Below are positions 57,052 through 64,000 of a DNA stretch of 64,000 bases, in pieces. Under the pieces are notes generated by a model. It had not been told where the DNA came from. It saw only the letters and a program-made list of their open reading frames with translations, and did no database searches. Source of the stretch: Owenia fusiformis. Taxonomy: Eukaryota. How positions within the stretch are numbered: position 1 is the first letter of the stretch; each line of letters starts with the position of its first letter. The stretch is taken from the NCBI GenBank assembly GCA_903813345.2, contig CAIIXF020000001.1:15128001-15192000 (forward strand), given 5' to 3'. The position numbers and the translations under genes were made by a program.

Positions 57052-57499
57052 TAATCGCCGCCTCCCTTGGGTACTTCAAACTCCATTTATGAGGCCGATA
57101 AGAAGTGGAAATTCAAGATGAAGCTGTCACGATTATTTAGATAACTACGATTTTAAAGTTAATCTTGATGCCACGTGGCTATTCTCATGTAATTTCCAAA
57201 ATATCCAGGGTCTATTGATTTGTTTCTAATTCAATTATGCAAGTTTCAAAATGAATGTGTAAGAGGACTTTGTCACTTAAATACATGAAATATAAGTTTT
57301 AAATATTTGTTAGTTCTGGAACATTTACCCCCTCATCATTCAGAAAGCAGCAACGTAACATTTATGTTTAAAGTACGGATTGAATGTCTTCTATAATGCC
57401 ATGTATGCATTTGGCGATTGAAGATAATTTTTGTAAATGTAACTAATGATGATAATTGATAAATAAATAAATAATAAAAAAAATTGAGAAGGTATCGCT

Positions 57500-57905
57500 T
57501 TATAACAAGCCTTCTTGTTTTTGCGAATGCAAATGACGACTAGCGGATACCGATAACCAACTATGTTATGACAAACTCATTTAAATATGAATGGAATAAT
57601 GGCAGGTGCTATACACATTTAAATACGTTGCCAATACAATAGCAAGTTTATCCGGTAGCCGACTGCGTTCGAATTCGCGAATAAAAGGTAAGACTAAGCT
57701 TGTATTCGCGAATGCAACTAGCGCCTGTCGGCTACCGGATTTAAAACCTATACTATTTTATCGGAAATTCATCTAAATATGAATAGTATGGCGTGTATTC
57801 CGATGACTGGTCCGCCGATTTGCTAATTCGGCGGTTTAATATGAAACTAAATAGGTTAATCCGGTAGCCGCTAGCCGCTATTTGCATTCGCGAGTACAAG
57901 CTTGG
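57500..57905. repeat. Cluster of alternating inverted repeats (MITE-like)
   Basis: ATCCGGTAGCCG...TTCGCGA motif in four copies of alternating orientation; hairpin at 57650-57740. Confidence 0.55.
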
Positions 57906-59414
57906 CTTAACCATTGATTTGTATAAATTAGTCCGTCAGTTTGAAGTTGCAATATCAAACAACCCGTTTGTCGTATTATTCGCGAATACAACTCTTAGAC
58001 AACAAGTCAATATGAGAGTCTACACACATCGTGGTGTTTTATTGATATCTGAAGAACACGGTGACCCAACCTTGGTAAAACGTAGTATTAAAGTACTAAA
58101 CAACACAAAGACACACATCGGCCAGACTACACGAACTAGTTCACTAAAGGGGCCTTATCTCGTAGCAAGGCTTGGTATCAGGGTCATCGACAGTTATTGG
58201 GGCCACGTCAGTGATAAGTACGATTTAGATTTGGGGGGGGGGGGGCGTCAACGGCTGCAATCTGGCGTCGTTAACTATATAGCGGGGAATGTTCACTTGT
58301 AAATATCATTTTTCCACTGTACTTGTTCTTAAATTCATCTTCCGTTTGATTATTGCACTGTGCACTGTTTTTTTGGATGATGCGTTGGGTTTAGTATTTG
58401 GGGAGTTGTCAAGTAACTGTTAGTTTACAAAACATGACCACCCTCTTGGGCTAGGCTTTACTTATTTTTTATTAGCATAGGTGATGCGACTTAGGGCTAT
58501 GAAGAAGGAGAACGGTGATCCTTTCCACATTTCCTTTTCATTTGTGTAAAGGGATTTACTCTCCAGAAAACTGTCACAGTTTGTATTGATAATCGAATGA
58601 TTGCACAAAATACATGTTGATGGTAGCATTTAAATTTAGTACATTCCAGCAGTTTGATGTATGACGATGCCATTAATACTTACCCAAGCTGATTTGGGGG
58701 TTGCTCTGGACATATTGCATACAATAAGCACTAATGAGGTATTAAGGATTCAGGTAAGTCATCATTCAATTCTAATACAAGAAAACAAGTTTCTCGGGTT
58801 AGCAAATCCCAGCGAGTAAAGCATTTTATCAAAAATCATTCGTTATTTCGAACATTACAGTTTGTGAATAACCAGTAGCCATTGGTATTGTCTCCTTTTG
58901 GCAAAGTTTCCTCCCATGCATGACGTGGCGCGACGCCATATCAGAAATTACATTTGAGTAGAAGTCGCTATATAGCAGAGATTATATTCCGTATAAAAAT
59001 GTCGGCCATTTTGAATTCTTTCTTAATAAGCAGACATAATGACTATGATACATCAGCACACAAAATTTGAACCAGACGACTGCTTATTGTGTTACCAGAA
59101 GTATAAGAAGTGCCGGCCATTTTGAATTGAACAATCTTTGAAAATCGATCTCGAACAGAGGTTAAATTACCTTAATCTACTATCTCTAGAATTTGTATCA
59201 AATCAAAAACTGAAATTTAAGTTATCAGAATCATTTTCATGGAAAATGTGCTCCGTTAAGCAGGGATCCTGTGTCCCCAAAGCATCAGCAACCAAAAATA
59301 AATGGTATGTCATAAATGATATAAATGGCCGTAGTTTTCCTGAAAAAAGCAAGCAGGAAAGCCAGAAAAATAAAATTGAAATAAAGATATGCATTGTGAT
59401 ATCAAACTATACAT

Positions 59415-60868
59415 CGTCGCATGAGAATAACTTTGTACTATCTCACATTTTTACGGAACTGAGAAATCAAGGTTTGAAAGTTTAGAGGTCTGTATCTTAC
59501 TTAGTATTGCTATGTGAAACTTGATTTTTTGTATGTCACCTGGTCTCACCCTAGAGATATCTTATATGAAATATCATACCTTGAAACAATTTACAAGATC
59601 CTTTTTTAAAACTATTGAAATGGAGTTGATACAATTTCCCACCGGAATAACAGCTTATTTCTAATTTCAAATTGTCATATCTGATATCAACTGTTTCAAC
59701 CAATCAACTCTCTAAGAATTGGTCATGTGACGTGCAAAACTTGGAGTTATAACAATCTTACATTAAAACAAAGTATGCCAATATGCATGTTATTGTATCT
59801 AGAATGAAAAATAATGTTTTGCTTTGTAAAAAAATCTTCAAAAACCAAAGAATATTATTTAATAAAATAAAGAAAATTCAATTTATAAAACTTTAAAATC
59901 AATTTCTCAAATAAGTACAATTATTTCTCAATTTTAGAATCTCAGGACACCCTTCAAAAAGAATTTATTGCCTTTGAAACTAAGGCAGAAGTACAATGCA
60001 TTGAAACCAATGATGCCAATACGGTCCCCCACATATTTCCCTTGGTATAAACCCTGTAGCCTAAACCTCCCAGCACATTACAATGTAGCCCCTTAGGGCC
60101 GGTCCGCTGGTCATTATCAGGTTATTTTTGATACAGACCAGTTGAATTTTTCACTGGGTATAGGAGAATAACATTGCAACTGGTCCGTAATTCCATTTTG
60201 ACCAGCAGGTTTCAGATCCTTAGGGCCTAAGACATAACCAATTTTTATTACATGCACATGGAAGAAATTTGAAAATAGAAAAATAATTTCTAATTCATTT
60301 TAGATTAATGAAAGTGATGAAACCTCGATTTAGGTAATAACATTTTGTTCATTGGGATGCAGCTATCATTATCCATTCATTTTCTGTTGTTTGCTACTCT
60401 GTGGAGTACAATTGGGAATTGAAGCAATTGTAGAAGTGGAGGAGTGGCTCTTTGTAAAGAAATTGAACCAATTTGTTACTTTTCCAAAATAAAATGTAGA
60501 TGATCTAAAAACAATGATCCCAAAAATGCAAAAGAAAGGACAAATCTGAAAAACATACTAGTAACAAAATAACTAAAAAGATCCCAGATGTTCAGTGAAA
60601 AGCGCAAAGTAAATCATAGATGAAGATAAAATAAAATAAGTGTTTTAAGGGACTATACTAACATAAAGATAACTCCTTATTGATATAGTGTATGGTCAGT
60701 AAAAGTTAAAGCTAGTTTAAATAGATTAAGCTTTTTTTCACAAACTATAAAACATCATTTTGAAAGAGATTTCAATAGTATACAGACAGTGATTGCCTTT
60801 GAGCAATGTAGTGCAAAATATGACAGTTACTATTTGTTTTGATTACTATATCTAGTATATAACCTATT
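59415..60868 (+). mobile_element. Second, right-truncated copy of the 26311-28526 element
   Basis: Near-identical to 26311-27769 and begins at exactly the same TIR base. Confidence 0.9.
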
Positions 60869-61800
60869 TAGTTAGAGACCCATGCCTCTCTATCGTTTCA
60901 AAAAATGTACCTAACGTATCGGTCTCTGTTAATTTATGGCATCCATACTTTTCTGAAAGGTAACATATTGAGGTTCAATTTTCTGCCGGATGCCCTCGCA
61001 AACTCTCATTGGTTGCTCTATATTGTAGCATTCCGTTACCATGGTTACGCATCTATAGACATCCTACCTTGGAATCTTAAATCATTTGTAGCTTTGTCAT
61101 TATTTTGTCTATTGATATGATATTGGTATCAAATTAAACCTAAATAAATTTCTCATATAATTAAAATATTCAATTATGCAAATTAGCTCATTTGCATAAA
61201 TTGTGACGTCATAAATCTATTTTTCGTTCAGAATTCTCAAGTATGGCAATGTATCTTTAAGAACTGAAGCCGTACGATGGAATTTCTTCAATGTTATGAC
61301 TTTTATTCAATGAGCAGAAGGTTTAAGCAACATAAAAGTGAAAACTGATTCAAAATTGGATCAGAACTAACAAAGTTATTAAGCTTTCTGGGCAGCTACC
61401 ATGAACGTTATCATTGAACAATTAACGTTAAACATCTTACCTTAGAATTGAAATGTTTGGTAGCTTTGTCATTATTTGGTCTATAGAGGAGATCTTGGTA
61501 TCAAATTGATCCTAATTGAATAAACGGTATGGTAACGATATTCAATTATGCAAATTAGCTAATTTGCATAAATTATGATGTCATCAATCTATTTTGGGTT
61601 CAAAACTTCCAAGTATAGCAACAAATTTATTAGATCCGAGGTTGGATGGTGTAGTTTCTGCATAGTTTGTCATTTATTCTATGAGTGGAAGAGGTATGAG
61701 TAATATAAAAAAATATTCAAAATTGAATGAGTATTAGTAAAGTAATTCAGCTTTTGAGGCAGCTGCTATGAACGTTACTATTTGACAATCATAAATAAAA
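60869..61800 (+). mobile_element. Probable Helentron-like element with ~370-bp tandem core
   Basis: Starts with hairpin TAGAGACCCATGCCTCTCTA; duplicated CAATTATGCAAATTAGCT..TTTGCATAAATT at 61171 and 61543. Confidence 0.4.
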
Positions 61801-62737
61801 CACTGAAATAACAAAAATGAAACATGATGATGAAAAAAATGAAAGCTGATTCAAGCTTATTGAGTGAAAAATATATATTTTACATGTCACTGAATTAGTT
61901 GGTGTATAGAAATTCATAATTTTGACTGTCATTGACAGGGGTCAAAACAGTTTTTTTGATTTTGTAACATGATTTATTGTTTGTGAGAAAGTTATGGATT
62001 AATCAGTACGTGAATGGGTGAATGGTATGGTGAAATCTGTTATGTAATCTATAAATCTTTGAAATGATTTGCTTCATAGGCGTCAATCTATTTAAAAATG
62101 CGAAACATCGTGACTGGTCAAACATCAATATTTGTGCTGCAATTCAAGCAGTGAACATCTACATGAATTTTTAAACTGATTTGCTTCATAGGCGTCAATC
62201 TATTTAAAAGGACGAAACATCATGACTGGTCAAACATTAATATTTGTGCTGCGATTCAAGCAGTAATCATCTACATAACCTGTTAATACAAATTTATGAC
62301 ATTATATCACAAAATGTATGTCATTGCTGTTTTTATGTCACCACCAAAAGCGTTGACATATTGTTCTCCATTTGTCTCCATTTTTGAGACGGCGTTTGAC
62401 ATCTGTTTGGGATCTGTAACAAATGGTAGGTTGTGACATTTTGCATGTTTATGCCTTGTTTGAATTATTTACAAAATGTTATAAAAAATATCAAAATAAT
62501 ATATTTTTAAAAGCCTCATTCATTTTGAATTATTGCATTGAAGAGGATTCAAAGATTGACTTTTTGCATGCTGGTGACGTTGCGCCATTCTTACACCTAA
62601 AACCTAACCGATTTTACCATTGTATATGCTTTTTGAAGAAGGAAATCTTATTTGTTGAATTTTCTAGCAGAAATCGACTCCCTTCACTCATTTTGTCAGA
62701 TTACTGGCAGTGACATTAAAGAGACAATTTTTATTAT

Positions 62738-63717
62738 CTAGAGTGTCTCAAAAGATGAACCAAAGGTATATCAACAGCAAAGATAAATCAATCAATATTT
62801 TCAGATATTTTTGCATGGTCATTTAGGAAAAGCATGTAAGTTTTCTCTCCAATACTAATTTTTTAGTTCAGTCTTGCCTTTTTGATGCTTTAACCCTTTT
62901 TATACCATGTGTTTAATTTAACCTCCTTACATTTCGATAAAAGCCTGCATCCTTACTGCTACATTGTTTATCATATATGACAATGTTTCTGGTGGAATGT
63001 TTTGAATTTCCTTTCACATGTTGACCTCAAATTGTTCTATGTCTCTTGGCTTTGGGATAAACATAAATATGGTTCTTGAAGTCATTCCAGAGAAAATGTT
63101 TGGGGTGTCAAATCTGTTGAATAGGGAGGCCTTCACACTGTCTTTATATAGAAAGAAGAAACTGCTTTCATGGGAATTTTTGTTTGGCCCTTGCTGTACA
63201 TGGAGGGGCTCAAACTGTCTGGAACCACAGTGTTCTCATTTGGATATCATTCAGTCTCTGTAACTCTGGCAGATGGAACTCCATTATCAATTAACTGCTA
63301 AATCATTTGACGATAATTGAGCTGGTTCTCTGTGATTGTTCTGCCATCTTCAACCTTGGAACTTTTTTCTCTAGGGCTATGTGAAGGAGCATGTTAAGCT
63401 AATCCCACGCCAAAAGACCTAGAACAACATAAAGCCAACACCCAAAGAGAAATTAAAAACGTTCCACCTGAAATATTATCAAATGTGATGAACAATGTAG
63501 CACAAGGATACAAGCTGTTATCGAAATATGAAGTAAAAAGTAAAGGGTTAAATCATCAAAATGCAAGACTGAGCTGAAAACTTTGTATTGGGAAGGAAAC
63601 TTACATGCTTTAGCAACATGACCATGCAAAAATATCTACAAAATATCTATAAAATAAATATTGATTGGTTTAATCATGGTGTTAATATACTTTTGGGTAC
63701 ATTTTTGAGACACCTTG
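62738..63717 (+). mobile_element. Decayed Tc1/mariner element with ~160-bp TIRs
   Basis: Inverted ends GTGTCTCAAAA / TTTTGAGACAC; transposase relic NFFL*GYVKEHV at ~63360-63395 (cf. DFFLWGYLK motif). Confidence 0.7.
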
Positions 63718-64000
63718 TACTATTTATCATACCAAGCTATTATAGTTCATAAATAGCATTGTATTTTTATATTAAGTGTTGATGAAGCGAGGACTTTAAC
63801 CCAAGAGTTCCTACATCCATGTGACATTTATTTCCATGTGACTAACATCACCTTTATAGTGTAACTTTGAACAAATTAACGTTTTATCACCATGTCATCC
63901 ATGTGACATTGATATCCGTGTTAACATCACCTCTATGGCATTCATTCATGTTATAGCCATCTACATGTACGTATATGTAACATCAATATTCATGTAGCAT

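Noticed and set aside
57919-58302. 127-aa ORF with HIGQTTR resembling a GIY-YIG motif
   Set aside because: No ATG start, no upstream GIY-like motif and no RT nearby; the match is too short.

Overview
AT-rich, intron-containing animal genomic DNA, probably a marine invertebrate or lophotrochozoan; the species cannot be determined from the sequence. Four spliced genes were reconstructed by hand from splice sites and reading-frame phase. (1) NSMCE1/Nse1, minus strand, running off the left edge. (2) Spermidine synthase SRM, plus strand, 8 exons, 288 aa, head-to-head with NSMCE1 around an ETS-motif promoter. (3) An unrecognised 104-aa secreted six-cysteine prepropeptide, plus strand. (4) An 11-exon, 528-aa secreted choice-of-anchor-B family protein (a mainly bacterial/fungal family), minus strand, whose N- and C-termini look like the two halves of one split spondin-type thrombospondin-1 repeat. 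Introns and intergenic DNA are densely filled with nested mobile elements: CAC-ended elements with 5-bp TSDs (Transib/RAG-like), a CACTA element, hAT and hATm elements, a self-nested Kolobok-like pair, Tc1/mariner relics, Helentron-associated elements, LINE 3' remnants, tRNA-SINEs and minisatellites. There is also an odd terminally redundant, hairpin-rich, tRNA-mimic insertion with a ~50-bp target duplication.
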